A DNA stretch of 63,627 bases, filler included, from Cercozoa sp. M6MM (GCA_040357565.1; 16 parts of 16 records of this genome joined end to end with filler, not necessarily neighbours in it); one strand, 5' to 3'. Positions 1-14,951 are shown, numbered from the whole stretch's first letter. The notes: a model not told the origin generated them from the sequence alone. Made by a program: numbers and translations.

Positions 1-46
<46 letters not shown>

Positions 47-48
<2 letters not shown>

Positions 49-389
49 ATCGACAGCATTGCTACTGAGGGTGTGCTGTCGGTGTCGACCGATTGGCGAC
101 GACGGAACCGTTGGCTCATTTTCAGTACCGCTGCTAGTACTGCTTGTGTCTGAAGAGCACAACATCGGCAAATCTACGATAATTCGGAACTTGAATTGCT
201 CACTACCGAGATCGAACGGGTTTGTCGGATTTTTGGCAGAGTTGGTCTGCTTTCGCGGCTATCGAACAAACAACTCACATGCGGGCATAGCCCACGCACT
301 CTAAAACGTACAGGATGCACAGGTGTATCGACGTCGAACGGATTTGTCGGCGTGCTAGCGACATCGAACGGATTTCTGGACACCTGCAT
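47..389 (-). CDS. N-terminal exons of an NPF-repeat protein (possible EH-domain ligand), truncated at the window start
   Basis: Spliced: MQVSRNPFDVASTPTNPFDVDTPVHP|PRKQTNSAKNPTNPFDL|DTSSTSSG...; three NPFD motifs; GT-AG introns. Confidence 0.45.
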
Positions 390-667
390 GTCGTGCGCTG
401 CAGAAAGTGCATCACACAACAATCGTCCTTCACAAGCCCAGGACTACCGTGCAGTAAGGTTGCCCGAGTCAGTGTACAGTTTAGTTTTGATGCTGTTGTA
501 GTTAGCAGCAGGTCTCAGTGAGACACTTATTGTCCTGTCCACGGTACCGTTTTTCCCAGCCACGAAGCGGTCCCGGTTTCGGTTCGGTTGATTAATGAAC
601 GGCTGTTGGCACGACTACGCTACACAAACAATCTCAGTGCCAAGGAGGCGTCCGTTATAAATCAGTC

Positions 668-1312
668 CTAACGACGTTGCATGCTGCGCGGGCTGTTGTG
701 AATGATCGACATGAAGTCGTCGATGATCGGCCGAATGTTTCGGTCGGATTCGAGAGCTTGCGCCAGCTTGTGGATGCCTGCAGTTACACGCACACATACA
801 GTGCGTGTCCCAGAGAAAGGCACGCGAAACAGAGGCACTGAGTTGAACCTGCAGGCGCGAAGGTGTGCGGCACATGATTGGCTCGGAAGGCCTCGGCCGC
901 TGCAGGGNNNNNNNNNNNNNNNNNNNNNNNNNNNNNNNNNNNNNNNNNNNNNNNNNNNNNNNNNNNNNNNNNNNNNNNNNNNNNNNNNNNNNNNNNNNNN
1001 NNNNNNNTAAACACATACACAGACAAGCGTGCGTTGTACCACGCGGGTTATCGGCAAGTCTTCTATAGCAACGCACGATGCGCATCAGTAAGCGCGACGA
1101 CTGCGCAGCAGCTTGCTGCGATTGAAAAACAATTGGCATCAATGAGAGGAAGCAAGCGCAAAGAGCGAAGAATAGGAGGCAACTCACAGGGAAGGCATCG
1201 ACCATCTTGAGCAGCACATTCGCCACAAAGTAGAAACGGTCGGCACTCGCGCACATATAGTTCAGGCCTGGTGGATACAGGGATATGGGTATCATTGCAG
1301 ATGTAAATATGC

Positions 1313-1353
<41 letters not shown>

Positions 1354-2323
1354 ACCTGCATCATCGGCGAGGATCTTCTGAATGATGAACGTTGCGACGG
1401 TTTGCGACCACTCCGTGCCCTTTAATTCGCACAAGTATTCCAGTAATTCACACGAAAACACACAGGGGTACCGTCTCCATGATATGCAGGCACAACGGGA
1501 TGATCTCCGTGGTCAGAAGGAAACTGATAATGTTTGGGTCGTCAACTTTCACTGTAGAAAGAAATACAAGAAGGGTCCGAATCAAACAAACACTGCAATC
1601 AACACATGGCAACAAGTTACCGAGCGCTCCGACGACACCAAGCGACGTGAGCCTCAGGTACTCAAAACTAGAAAACGACCCCATCTCGTGTGGGAGGAGA
1701 AACCACATTGAAAACACCATTGAAAACACTACCTTCTCTCGTTGTGCTGCGTATTGAGGAACGGGTACAGAAACAGTGGGAAATTCGCGTGCATGAACGG
1801 CATTCGTGTCTCTCTGCGAAAACCAAAACGTGTCTGCAATAACTCCAACACAGAACACAGTCTTCCAAAGAGGCAACAGTATTACGGGTGCGTGGCGACC
1901 AGCTGCATGAGCGCAAGTGCGTTGCAGCACCGCGTGCTCACTTCGCTCGTGAGCTGCGACGGATCCGACATGTACGGGTACACCGAGACCACCTGCAATA
2001 CCTCAGGTGGACATATTCCAACACGAGGTAATACACGATCTACCTCATGCAACAGGACTGTCATGATGCCCGCCGAGTGCCACAGAACTGCGGGTAATCG
2101 CACACGATGTCCTTGGTTTCCTCAATCGCAAAGCAAGTTTACCAAGTGCAAGACCGGGGATTCCCTCTCGCGACTTGGTCAGGTCGTTTAGCGCCTGGGC
2201 ACGCGTCGCCGGGTTGTAGCTGCCCACAAAAAAGATACGAAAATAGCGCCAGCAACATGATCGAAGGTACAGTTGCCGAACAAGCTCAAGGGCTTGCGGG
2301 GGCGTTTGAATGTGGCGTGGCAT
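668..2323 (-). CDS. CNOT9: CCR4-NOT subunit 9 (Rcd1/CAF40), multi-exon, spanning a scaffold gap
   Basis: Exons encode [63 protein letters not shown] and [20 protein letters not shown], all Rcd1 signature segments. The 3' end is approximate. Confidence 0.92.
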
Positions 2324-3107
2324 CGCGCCAACGGTGTTGCGCCACTGTTGATCCACCTTGGCGCCTTCTTTTTTTGCTCACAAAATTACTTTCAATCACA
2401 CACTGACTGAGCGGTCAGAGTGCGGTTTTTTAGTGCGTGCACAGTTCCAAACACACCTACAAGCGACTAGAATCAAACAGGGCGTCTTTTGTATTGACTC
2501 AGCTGCTCGGCTCGAGCCCATGTGTAAGACTATTATTCCGGGTTCTCTTAGTGACGCCGGGACCTAGGAAATTGGATTTAGTTTACTTTGTCGGTTATGT
2601 CAGGTCCAGCGATACCCCAGGTCCCAGCCTCGAAGTTTAGGGTTTCTTGAACTCCATTCCCGTGAAAAGTCTCCTTTGAGTGTCACGTTCAGACGGCCTA
2701 TATGGCCTACAGGCGCGCTACTTCTCCCAACGAAAACCTTGACCGTGGTAGTTTCCTTTGTTGTTTTTGCACGCAGAGGCGAAAGGTGAAAAGGTGACAT
2801 GCATGTATCAGAGTGCCGAAGGAGGTACCGTCCACGCGAGGAGTCTTCGTTTGGCGTCGATTTGAGTGGCGTTCTTTCTGCAGAAAATGGTGCTGCTGTT
2901 GCCTTTTGTTTGTATCTTCAAAAAGTGTGTTGTTAACCTCTTTGTTGTTGTAGGAACGCTTGTTCGACGTCGCCGCGTTCGTATCGATCCGATCGTGCCG
3001 CGTTTCACGTCGGATGTGTTTCGACTGCTGAACGCAACGTACTTTCGTTTTGGGAGTTCGTTGAGGCGATTTAGTCACAGAGTAAGGCATGTGTACTCGT
3101 TTTTAGT

Positions 3108-3889
<782 letters not shown>

Positions 3890-3903
3890 TCGTGGGGCAC
3901 CTC

Positions 3904-4003
3904 NNNNNNNNNNNNNNNNNNNNNNNNNNNNNNNNNNNNNNNNNNNNTTAATTAATTAANNNNNNNNNNNNNNNNNNNNNNNNNNNNNNNNNNNNNNNNN
4001 NNN
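3904..4003. other. Artificial contig-joining spacer (N-run/TTAATTAATTAA/N-run); also starting near 8954, 11489, 14727, 21104, 25609, 27318, 34610, 37763, 45052, 48180, 51929, 57257, 60559 and 61896
   Basis: The same 12-mer, with stops in all six frames and flanked by N runs, occurs 15 times; genes are truncated at these points. Confidence 0.97.
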
Positions 4004-4043
<40 letters not shown>

Positions 4044-4045
<2 letters not shown>

Positions 4046-5683
4046 TAAACGTTTGTTGCTACTTGGATAAAAAGTCGCCCAGCTGCCTGCAACAAAAGGA
4101 AAAAACTGATAAGAATCCATCGAGGAGTCAGTTGGAGTACGCAACCTGTGCTCACGGAGGTAGTGCCGTGCCATGGCAACTGTGCTTTCTTCGGAGTGCA
4201 AGCACTCTGAGAACGGACACGCAAAGTTGCTCGTTGTCTCGGTGCGACACCTTCGCTTTGGCCTCCTCTGTAGGTTTTACAAGTGCGTGTGACTGCCTAC
4301 AGTGGAAAAGGGAAGCAATCCAGGTACCTTTGCAATGAGTTCCGACGATGGCGACGACGACGGTTTCGGTCGTTTTTGTGGCACTGTTTCGACACATACC
4401 TTGAGTTAGAAAAGGGATACAATGATTGTTGAACCTCTGGTACACTCAATGCCGCGGACCGTAATTTGCGTGTACTGCTCAAGCAGAAGTAATTCATTAT
4501 TTAATTCTACTCTAAACAAAGTTATACCGCGCAAGGCGGTCGCAACAATTCGCGCGCGATTTCGTTGACGCGCGCTGCTTTCGCGTTCACATCGTCGGAA
4601 GATTCGATGCACTGGCCCAGTCGTTTCCTGTTAAAACAAAACACACATACAGTGAAAGTACAACACACAAACCGTTCCAAGCAGTACCTTAAATCGTGAT
4701 TAGTTTCGGGAGACAGCAAGTCGGTCGGAATGCTCTTGCTCGCACCGGGATTTTGCGAACGGCGACAAGGATGGACGCTCGATGTGCATCGCATGAGTAC
4801 CTTCTTGCATACAGTGCACTGCAAGTGCCGCAGTTTCTGCACCACGCAAAGTTGAAGGTTGGAATTTACGAAACACACCAGAGCACAGAGACGGGAGAGA
4901 TTGAGGGAGCGATACCAAGTGACGAATCAGAATGTGTTTCGTAGTGTCCTTCGGCTGCGACTTGCAGAATGGACACGGCACTTTCAGCTGTTTTCGAGTG
5001 CTTTCGCTCGATGATGTTTGAGTCGAATCGAGCGACTTGGGCGTCTCTACAGTCGGTCCGACTCTTGTTTCGACTCTAGTTTCGACAGGCGTTTCGACTG
5101 GTGTTTCAACTGGTATTTTGATTGGTGGGAGTCCAGCTTGTTGTTCAGGCCGTTGTCGAGACCGTTGTTCTTCGTGGTCCGACCGCTGTTCTTGTTTCGC
5201 ATTGTTCGCACTGTTTTGCAACGCGTCGAACAGAGAAAAATCGCGTTCTTCTCGCTCGTCGTCGCGCGTGAAGAACTCGTTGTCGTCAAAGCAAACCTCA
5301 GCCTTGGTGGTCATGGTTGTTCTCGAGGCTTTTGGTTCGGTCGCTTTCGAGGCCGTTGCTTCCGTCGCATTGCCGTTTCTGTTTTCATTGGCGCTACTCC
5401 TGCCAAGTTTCGCTTCTGTTTGGCCTTCTGTACCGTCTCGCGGCTTAAGCTCACTCTCGGTCTCTGTGCGAGGAGTCGTGCTCCGAACAATCTCACCGTC
5501 TGAATCGTCGCTGTAAAGATTGATGATAAAGTCTGACGAGTCTTCTTCCGACTCAGCTTTATCGGGATTGACTTGCTCTTCGTCAATGCCGAACAGGGAG
5601 TCAAGAGCACCCTGCGCGGACTGCTGAACCAATCAACCATTCATTCACATAATATTTGACTCATGACCATTATGTACCGTCAT
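4044..5683 (-). CDS. Hypothetical protein with an acidic/low-complexity N-terminus, PVET repeats and a C2H2/UBZ-like zinc finger; 3'-truncated
   Basis: Long exon within ORF 4700-5632 containing PVETPVETPVETRVET and CPFCKSQPKDTTKHILIRHL. Confidence 0.55.
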
Positions 5684-5868
5684 CGTAGTCCAAATAAAGC
5701 ACTCACAGCTGCATTGGCACACGCATGGGCAGCCTTAGCACTCTATGTCTGCTACTTTGCTGCTATACAGTAAATTGTTTAGTTTTCAGTTGTTTCGGCA
5801 CTCCTGAAACGTGAGTACCTGTGCTGTTTAGACATTTGAAACACTATAAGTCACTATAAAATATAAAG

Positions 5869-7087
5869 TTACTTTGACGGGGGACTAAAAAGTGCGTCAT
5901 AACTTTGGTTGATGTCGATCATGGTGACTTGCCCAAGTTGCCATGTGCCAGTCTCTTGGTGCCGGAGTGTGACAAGGGCAAAGTTACCACATTTCAGTGC
6001 ACCGGGGTTCAGGACGCGCGTGTTGTTGCTCTTGACAAAGCCAGCAGCATTATGCACATGCCCGTGAACTAGCAAGAAGGGCGGGCTCTCCGATTCGACA
6101 AGTACTGCTGGCACAGGGCATCATGTCAGTGAGTCAGGGGGTGTGAAACAGAGTGAGTACGAGCGTCAAGAAAGTCGAGTCCGCACGAAATGACGCCTCT
6201 GTTGTCGTGCTTTCGCAGATCGCGCGTGTCAATGCAGGTCGAAGAAGTCGCCGGTCCCACTGCACAGCCCGTACCTGTCCATCGCCTGTGTTCTGTGAGA
6301 CAAGTACCATGTGTCAGCAGGATGGTGTTGCAGTTCACATGCTGCTCCACATTCGAGGCAGCAAACGCAGCAGCAGCCTGTTAAACAGAAATATCAAACG
6401 TCTGCATTTGACTAATCTCATTGTGCAGGTACCTCTGCTTGTGACTGGAACGGGTAACCCGTCCAACGAACCGAGCTGTCTTGGAGTGCCTCGGGCGAAC
6501 CTCCGAAACCCACGACGTTCAACTGCACAGGAACCTGTTATCACTCACTCCAAGCGACAACAAAAGAGACTACATTTGGCGCGATTTCAACGCTGGTTCC
6601 ATGGACATTGACAACGTTGGACGGTGTGTCGAAAGTGCCGTCGAACATTGTGTGCGGATCGTGCTGCGTTGAACATTCATCACACCTTGATAGGATGTAA
6701 GGGCGTATGACAAGAGTAATTACATTGCCAGGCACAAGAAGAACTGTTCCGAACTGTGACAGAGTAGCGCACATTTGATGCACCTGTTGCTCTGCCTCGC
6801 TTACGCGCTCGTCTGACTGCTGGTCCTCATCCTGGCCACGTTACGTTGACGATAACATCGACCCACCCTTGTTACCAAAGTACTCAAAATACCTTCAGAT
6901 TGAGAAAATCGCCCGGACACAACACGTAGTCAACAGAGGTGCTGTCTCGTTTTGCTAGTTCTTGCTTTAACGCGTCGATCTGCAGGAACGAGAATCAACG
7001 GTGCCAAGTGACCAATGCACACACCGGTACCAGCTGATTATCCAGAAGCGAATGGTGTATGTCGCTCACGGCGAGTAAACGCAGCAT
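5869..7087 (-). CDS. Calcineurin-like metallophosphoesterase (Icc-like)
   Basis: Motifs in the expected order across exons: LLAVSDIH, LCPGDF, LVPGN|HD, ILLTH, VHGHVH, VLNPGAL. Confidence 0.88.
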
Positions 7088-7244
7088 TCGATAATGGATA
7101 GTAGTAGCACGTGCACTCACTCTGTTGTATCGAAGGAGAGCCGGGTTTTGTTTTTCAGCACACGATGAAAAGCCCGGGGCCATTCAGTCACTGCAGAGCG
7201 CTATCAACTGCTTAATTGTCGTTTGTTTTTATCATAAGCTGTAG

Positions 7245-7969
7245 ATGACAGTATTAGGCACTATTAGCACCGTTTTGTCGGCAAGTGCCGTAATTTTTCT
7301 TGTTCCTGGTCAAACGCGACGATGCGTTCTTGGTCTGTCCTCTTTTCTTGTTCCAAATTTTTGTTTAGTTTCACGGTGCGCTGTCGTTTTCGTAGTTCTT
7401 CGCGCACGCTGGCGGCATGTGCGCTGCTGTTTTCGCTCTGCTTCTTCCGGGTGTGCGTCTGCAGCGCGAGACCAAGCGCTTCAAGAAACACCAGCTGCGT
7501 ATCGTGGCGTCTGCCGTCTTATTTTTAGCTGGCCTGGGAGCCATCTACGTCAACAAGGAACGGCAGGGCAAGAAGCACCTCACTTCGTGGCATGCCCGGG
7601 TCGGTTTGGCAGCTGCAGGCATGATGCTGTTCCAGGGCTCTGCGGCGAGCTTCCTGATGCGCTTCAACCCGCGCGAGTTTAAGAAGGTAAATTTTTAGTT
7701 TTAGCGTTTTTCTTTCTACTATCGACTTGTCTGCTTGCTGAGGGAGTCTGATTTTTGTGCTCCCGTAGCAAAGCATAGTGCACCGAATGTCGGGTCGCGT
7801 CACAACCTCGCTTGCCGTGCTAGCGTCTGCCTTAGGCGCCCACTCGACACTCTCCTTTCTTGGCAAGCAGACGGCGGCCATCCCCGTTTCGGTGACGATT
7901 CTGGGGCTCGGCGCCGCTGGTTTGTTCGCTCCTGTGCGCACACTGCAACGGAGTCGCAAGAAAGAGTGA
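7245..7969 (+). CDS. Cytochrome b561 domain protein (CYB561D-like); possible 1-nt frameshift in exon 1
   Basis: AHAGGM, KKHQLR, YVNKERQGKKHLTSWHARVG and HRMSG supply four putative heme-ligand His residues between hydrophobic helices. Confidence 0.8.
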
Positions 7970-8236
7970 TAAACTTACTGGATGGCAGACGACAGCCGAG
8001 TGCTAGACTACCGTTTGTTTTATTAAGCTATTCTCTGTCCTTCGCTTAAGTCCTGTAAGTGCACGAAGTGAGTGTGCCGTGCTTCACGTCAGTGCGCGTG
8101 ACTTTTCTGTAACTATTTTTCCGATTAGGTCACTAGGAAAATCGGAAACTGCTATTGTCCTAGCACATCGACTGTAAATTTACGGTCAAGCAGCGGTGAC
8201 TGGTCACCGGAGCTCGTCTCCGGAAATCAGTGACCA

Positions 8237-8809
8237 TGATGGATGTGTAAACAAAAGAAGCTCTAAAAACCTCGCCTCAAACGTTTACTGGACCTTCATA
8301 GGCAGAAACAGTTTCCGGTGGCTTTCTTCGTGTTCTCTCTTCATTCTGAGTCTTCCGATTTCAAATTCAGTTGAAAGCTGGACGTGAGTGACATCAAAAG
8401 ATGGTAAATTTACCATGCTGTAACTGAAGTTTTGTGTGCAGACAGATCTTGTACTTTGCTGTATGCATGCGTGATATCGTGAACAGAAGCTGCTCCACCG
8501 TGTGTTTGCCAACTGTCTGATCGAGACTGAGAAGATTATGCCGGACGAGAGCGATGTTCTTCTTTTACCCGAAGCGCGCCAGGTATAAACTACATCGCTG
8601 CTATCCAAATGTTCTTTGTACTGTTGCATTTGGACGTCATGAAACGGTATCTGGAACCAGTGTAGCAAACATCCCCAGCTCAGAATTGGAGAATGCAAGC
8701 AAACCCCGCCAGAAGCAACAAGCGGAAGCATGAACTCGTCGACGACTGGACGAACGCTAAATATAACCAGTGCCTGCGACAGAAACGCCGTTTTTCGCCT
8801 TTCCTTTAG
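8237..8809 (+). CDS. Hypothetical small multi-exon protein
   Basis: Plausible GT-AG-bounded exons KLLHRVFANCLIETEKIMPDESDVLLLPEARQ and NWRMQANPARSNKRKHELVDDW...FL*; no family recognised. Confidence 0.35.
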
Positions 8810-9089
8810 CTCTGGTGGCCGAAATCCACATCATGATACGACTCCAAAACACCACTGGCCACCCAACTTTGCTGAGCACAATTAGAGATTAGGGTGAGTT
8901 CAATGCGTGCTAAATATAGTTTGGGTGTCAGAATTGTTCGTAATAGTGTCACTNNNNNNNNNNNNNNNNNNNNNNNNNNNNNNNNNNNNNNNNNNNNTTA
9001 ATTAATTAANNNNNNNNNNNNNNNNNNNNNNNNNNNNNNNNNNNNNNNNNNNNCCCCCCCCCCCCCTGTTACCCTCACCGTTGCCCAGC

Positions 9090-10392
9090 TTGCCAGTGCT
9101 CGCGTCAAGAAAAGCAGCATGCTGCTGCCCAATCAGGTATGCAGTTATACCCCCCCCCCCCTCTCCCAGACTTTTATTACCTCTCCCCATGGACACAGAT
9201 CCACTGGCGTCGCATCATCATCGACGAGTGTCACGAACTACTGAGTGACACGCACTTGCACGCGTGGATGCGCGGACACGGCACTCCGCACAACTGGCGC
9301 GGTACTCTGGGTTCATGTCTATCCATCTATCTCTCGATCTATCTATCTATCTGTCTATCTAACTGTCTATTTATCCATATTTATTTGTTTATTTATTTGT
9401 TTATTTATTTATATCGAACAGGTCTCTCAGCTGCCAGTGATGCCGAGTTCGTCATGTGGGTATGCACTTGTTCATATATATGTATAAATGTATAGATATC
9501 TAAAATAGATGTGTTAATCTACAGGCTATCCGTGCTCTGCGTGCTGACTTCAAGTACCTCCTCAGAAGCTATGGGGGGGTACTTCGTGTATATGTGTATG
9601 TCTCAGGTGGGCCGCCACTGGTACGCCTGGTGCCTGCATGCCTCACACCTTGGTATATCACTTCCCTGTGTGCGTGTGTGTGTGTGTGAATGTGTGTGTG
9701 TGTGTGTGTGCACTGTGTTGATTGGAACAAAAGGTGGTGTGTAGATGCCACTGGTGGAGTTCCTCAACTCGAGTTTCGTCGATGCGCCGCTGTTTAACTG
9801 TATTGCGCACGTCTGTTATATATTTATATATATATATATATGTAGCTTTTTGGTTGATCGGCGCCTACCCGACTTTTTGTAGACATCGCGCGGTATTACC
9901 CCCCCCCCCCCCCACACACACACACACACACACATATAAACATACCCCTACCCTATTCCCACATGGACACAGAGCGAGACATTACAAACGAGCCACTCCC
10001 AGTGTGGCTCCGGCAGGACTTGCGACTGGCCTTACTCATGTCCTACAGTAGACCTATCCTTAGCCTATCTGCCCTACTACCCCCTTCTATGTTGAGGTAT
10101 GTACCGCGACAGACATTGCTCGCAACGGTCTGCGTCGCAACACTCAGTGGTACTTGTCCCCTTTGCCCTTACTTGCCCCCCACCCCGTGTACATAATGTT
10201 GGACAGGTCGGCCGAGTCCGAGTGCTATGTGCCTGACTTTGAGGAGGTCGAAGGTATGTCTAGTGTTTGAGAGTGGATTTAGGGTATGCTGGTGTAAACA
10301 TGTATCTGATAGACCGTTACGATCTGACGCGAGTCGAGACTGTCTTGGTCAACAGCTGCACCTCCACGCCGGCTGCCCTGGCCATGTACGCA

Positions 10393-10442
<50 letters not shown>

Positions 10443-11054
10443 GTGTACTTCGTGTACCCCTCCCCCTGTATCCCAGGATCCAGCACCCGCTGGTAGAGCG
10501 CTCCTCGCTGCACCTGCCGGAGGGTCAGACGCTGTCGTCGCACTTCCCGGATCTGCCGCTGGACAAGGAGGACACGCGTGCCATGTCGGCCTTTGCCGAG
10601 GCAGGTGCTTTCGGGGCACATCGCTTGCTGCGACAGCGCATTGCCTTCCTGCGAGACTTTATCGCACGCGACAAGATTGTATTATATGTATAGTCTTTAT
10701 AGTAGATGTATCAAATGATGTGAAGGCTATATCCATGTGTGCAGTCGTCGGTACCGGTGCAACGAGCGATCACGCAGCTGCGTCGTCTGCTGGCCAAGGG
10801 TACTGCACAGGCATGTGGGTAGACATATGGATACATGGTGATGTATGGGTGGGTGATATGTACGTCGGTGATACGAGTCGCTGTGTGTGTGTGTGTGTGT
10901 GTGTGTTGTGTGTGTGTGTGTGTGTGTGTGTTGTGTGTGTGTGTGTGTGTGTTGTGCAGACGAGAACGAGTCGCTGGAGTCGCTGCTGAAGTGTTCCTTC
11001 GACGCGAGCGAACTGCTGCCCAGCGACCTCGCCTTTGGCAGTACACACACACAC

Positions 11055-11143
<89 letters not shown>

Positions 11144-11292
11144 TGTCTATGTGTTTGCGTATGTGACTCCCTGTGTGTGTGTGTGCAGGCAGCAAACTGA
11201 CACGCATCACGGACTACGTGCATCGCGTGCTGACGGCCAGTGCCAAGCACCGCGTCATTGTCTTCTCGACGACGCGTCGCTTCATGCGCCTG
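9090..11292 (+). CDS. Snf2-family ATPase fragment (Rad5/SHPRH-like)
   Basis: IHWRRIIIDECHE (Walker B context) and WAATGTP (motif III); later exon SKLTRITDYVHRVLTASAKHRVIVFST resembles the start of the helicase C domain. Confidence 0.75.
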
Positions 11293-11297
11293 TACCT

Positions 11298-11400
<103 letters not shown>

Positions 11401-11441
11401 GTCTCTCTCTTGTTCTGGATTAATTGTACCCATGTGCGTGC

Positions 11442-11488
<47 letters not shown>

Positions 11489-11588
11489 NNNNNNNNNNNN
11501 NNNNNNNNNNNNNNNNNNNNNNNNNNNNNNNNTTAATTAATTAANNNNNNNNNNNNNNNNNNNNNNNNNNNNNNNNNNNNNNNNNNNN

Positions 11589-12606
11589 CGGCGAATGTCG
11601 ACATAGGCTGGGTCAGGCACACAAGCACACACACGAGTAGACATAGCATGTGTGTATGCGTGGGTGTGTGTGTGTGTATGTGTATGCGTCAGAACATAAT
11701 AGTACTCGCCGAGTGCAACATGTGTGTGCTGAAGCCAGTTTTGCTTTGCCTTGTCTGCACAGGGGGAAGGGAAAGTAAGCTAGACGCAGGCATCGTATGC
11801 ACAGATTGGAGTCGACCCTACCGGGCAGCAACTTGTCCAACAGGTTCAGCAGACTAGACACACACACATACTCACACCATCCTGTCAGCACACAAGAGTC
11901 AGTCGAAAGCATGCACCGAGCCAGTTCGAACTCGTTGTGAATTGTGTGAATCAGCGGCAGCACTTGTTCTATGCACAGGAGCAAGTACTTCAACAATACC
12001 TTCCTATATCTATACTATATATCTGTAGGTATACACACATATAGAGTTGAGCACATATAATACATCCATATATTGAGTTGAATACATATATATATATATC
12101 TCTATATATATATATATCTATATATACTGAGATAGATGTGTCAAGAGTCACCTGAGGCAAAGTGGCCGCGCAGCCACATGACAACGTCGTCGACAACATT
12201 GCTGAACATACAGGTGTGCAATCGATAACCTCCCTAACATCCTTCCCAAGTGTGTATGTGTGTATGTGTACCGATACTGCTTGGCGTCTGCCTGATAATA
12301 GTTGACTCCACTTTCAGTGAACTCTGCCTGTCGAGGAAAGATTGTGTTTCGACATCCAGAGAGCAGCGGGAACACGTGGCACCTCGTTGTACAGGAAGGC
12401 AGGCATGCCATCGATCAGGTCATCAAAGCCCTGACCACTCAGGTGCGTCTTCAACTGCACACACACGCACACGAGTATGTATGCATGTATGCACATGCAC
12501 GCCCACCTGGTGGCATAGACAACATGAGGTTTACCGAGACGGCGCTAAACTCCAATGGCAACTCTTGATTGTTTTTGCCAAGCTGTTACACAACACATAC
12601 ACACAC

Positions 12607-12679
<73 letters not shown>

Positions 12680-13234
12680 TATACAAACACGCATACACAA
12701 ATACAATCATCGCAAGCGTCCACAGTACTTGAGTTTTGATCGACGTGAGCAGTCGGAGGCACTTGAGCACTCGGTCACTACACACACACACACACACACA
12801 CACATACACACACACATACGCACACACACACATATACATATACATATACATATATATCTTGAACATATGGCAAAGGGATACATGAGTCCAGTCGATGTCG
12901 TGTCGTGCTTAGTTGCCTGCTGGGCTACACGTATGTCCACACAGGCACAGGTACCAGGCAAGAGGAAGTCCGACATGGCAGACCGGACAAGCAAGCAAAA
13001 GGTACGCGTCATTAGTAGGCCTAAGCGACGCGCGTGCTGTAGCAGTCCCTTGTAGTTCACTGACACGTCAAAGAAGGACTGGTCCGACGGTGTTACTTCC
13101 ATCTGCAACAGCAAGGTTAGCCCTTCTCCCTGTGTGCAGGTAGAGTGGGTACCGCCTGATCCAGCACCTCGACTCCTAGCGTGGCCTGCACAACTCGCGA
13201 TAATCTGTGCGTGTGTGTGTCTGTGCGTGTGTGT

Positions 13235-13281
<47 letters not shown>

Positions 13282-14373
13282 CGATGTACACGATCGACGG
13301 CGCAGCGTGCCAGTCGCCACGAATCAGACGTCTCCATCAGCAGACGCTACTTTCCGTACACATACACACAGATATATATCATATAATATGTATTGCGTTA
13401 TATATACATACACATACAGACACGCACACACGCAAACACACGAAGATACAGCCAGGGCTCGCTGACAAGCAAGAGACGGGTCGCTGGCATCGAGTGTGCA
13501 TGCCTCCAGTTCCTGCAGCACACGTATATGCGTTGTACTACAGAGGACACACACACATACCCGCTCGTAATGGTAGTCCAGTCGCTCCGAAATCGAGGTG
13601 GGTACTGCGTTAGAGATGTTGCACATCGTGAGTACACAAAGGCGGGGGGAGGAGCGAGTCAACTCACGAGATTCCAGAGTATCAAACGAAAAGCCGTTGC
13701 CCGCATACTCTGCCATCAGGTGCAGCACCTCCTGTACACACACATACATACATACATATATATACACAGACCATGGCTATCACAGGAACAAGGGAGCAGA
13801 GGGTCGCACCAGGGGCAGCTTGGTGTACGTGCTGAGTTTCTGCGTGAAGGAACATAGAAACCATTGAGGACCCCACAAGAGTCCCCTCGACGAGCAGACA
13901 GGAGGTACCACAGTGAGCGCGTCAGCAGCACTGCGCCGACGCAGCTGGAAGACCTCTTTCGGCAGCATGCGTTCCTGTTGGCGTTAAATCAGCGAACTAA
14001 GCACGGGACAAGGAAACTGCCCATACCAGCATCTGCTGCTCTGTCGGCAGAACAGTCATCTGCACACATGCACACATACAAACATCTGTACACACATGTA
14101 CCCACACACACACATACACACAGATATAAACATATGTAGACACGCCATTCGTGCAGCGTTTTGGGATACAAGGTACCTGGTCGAAGACGTGCCCAGCCCG
14201 GGCGCGCAGTGCATTCCGCATCTTTTTCGACAAGGTCTACGAAGAAGGGAAGGTGACTCAACCGCAAAGAACACTCGGAGTTGCAAGTGCAAGACACCAG
14301 AGACGTCGATGCGTCCAGCGTCAGGTACAGCGAGAGGAGGCTACACCCCACACACACACACATACGCACACAT

Positions 14374-14422
<49 letters not shown>

Positions 14423-14660
14423 CACACATACACACATGCACACATCGACGTACCGAGGTGCCTGCCAGTTGATGCGCAAGAGAACCCATTCATCATTGTC
14501 TCGCTCGGTGTCTGTATGTCGTCATACAGTTTATAGTATGTAAAATAATAGGTTATGTTTATATTTCATATGAAAAACACACAGGTGGAGTCGGCGGCCA
14601 GTTTGGCAATGATTCTGGAGAGGAATTGCGGCGTGGCCTCGTGCAGCTGTCAACAAGAAC
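11589..14660 (+). CDS. Hypothetical multi-exon protein, internal fragment
   Basis: Short coding-like exons (e.g. GKIVFRHPESSGNTWHLVVQEGRHAIDQVIKALTTQ; YHSERVSSTAPTQLEDLFRQHAFLLALNQ) between microsatellite-filled introns. Confidence 0.45.
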
Positions 14661-14676
14661 AGGCAAAACACAAACA

Positions 14677-14726
<50 letters not shown>

Positions 14727-14951
14727 NNNNNNNNNNNNNNNNNNNNNNNNNNNNNNNNNNNNNNNNNNNNTTAATTAATTAANNNNNNNNNNNNNNNNNN
14801 NNNNNNNNNNNNNNNNNNNNNNNNNNGGGGGGGGAGGGTAGTAAGGGAGTAACAAGTAATAAGGTAGTAACAAGGAATGAGGCGGTAACAAGGAATAAAG
14901 GGATAAGAGGAGGTAAAGAGGAGGGTAAAGAAGAGGAGGTAAAGTACCATA

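Noticed and set aside
2520-2800. Possible ncRNA or solo LTR between CNOT9 and ALKBH1
   Set aside because: No convincing snRNA/snoRNA motif, inverted termini or TSD was found.
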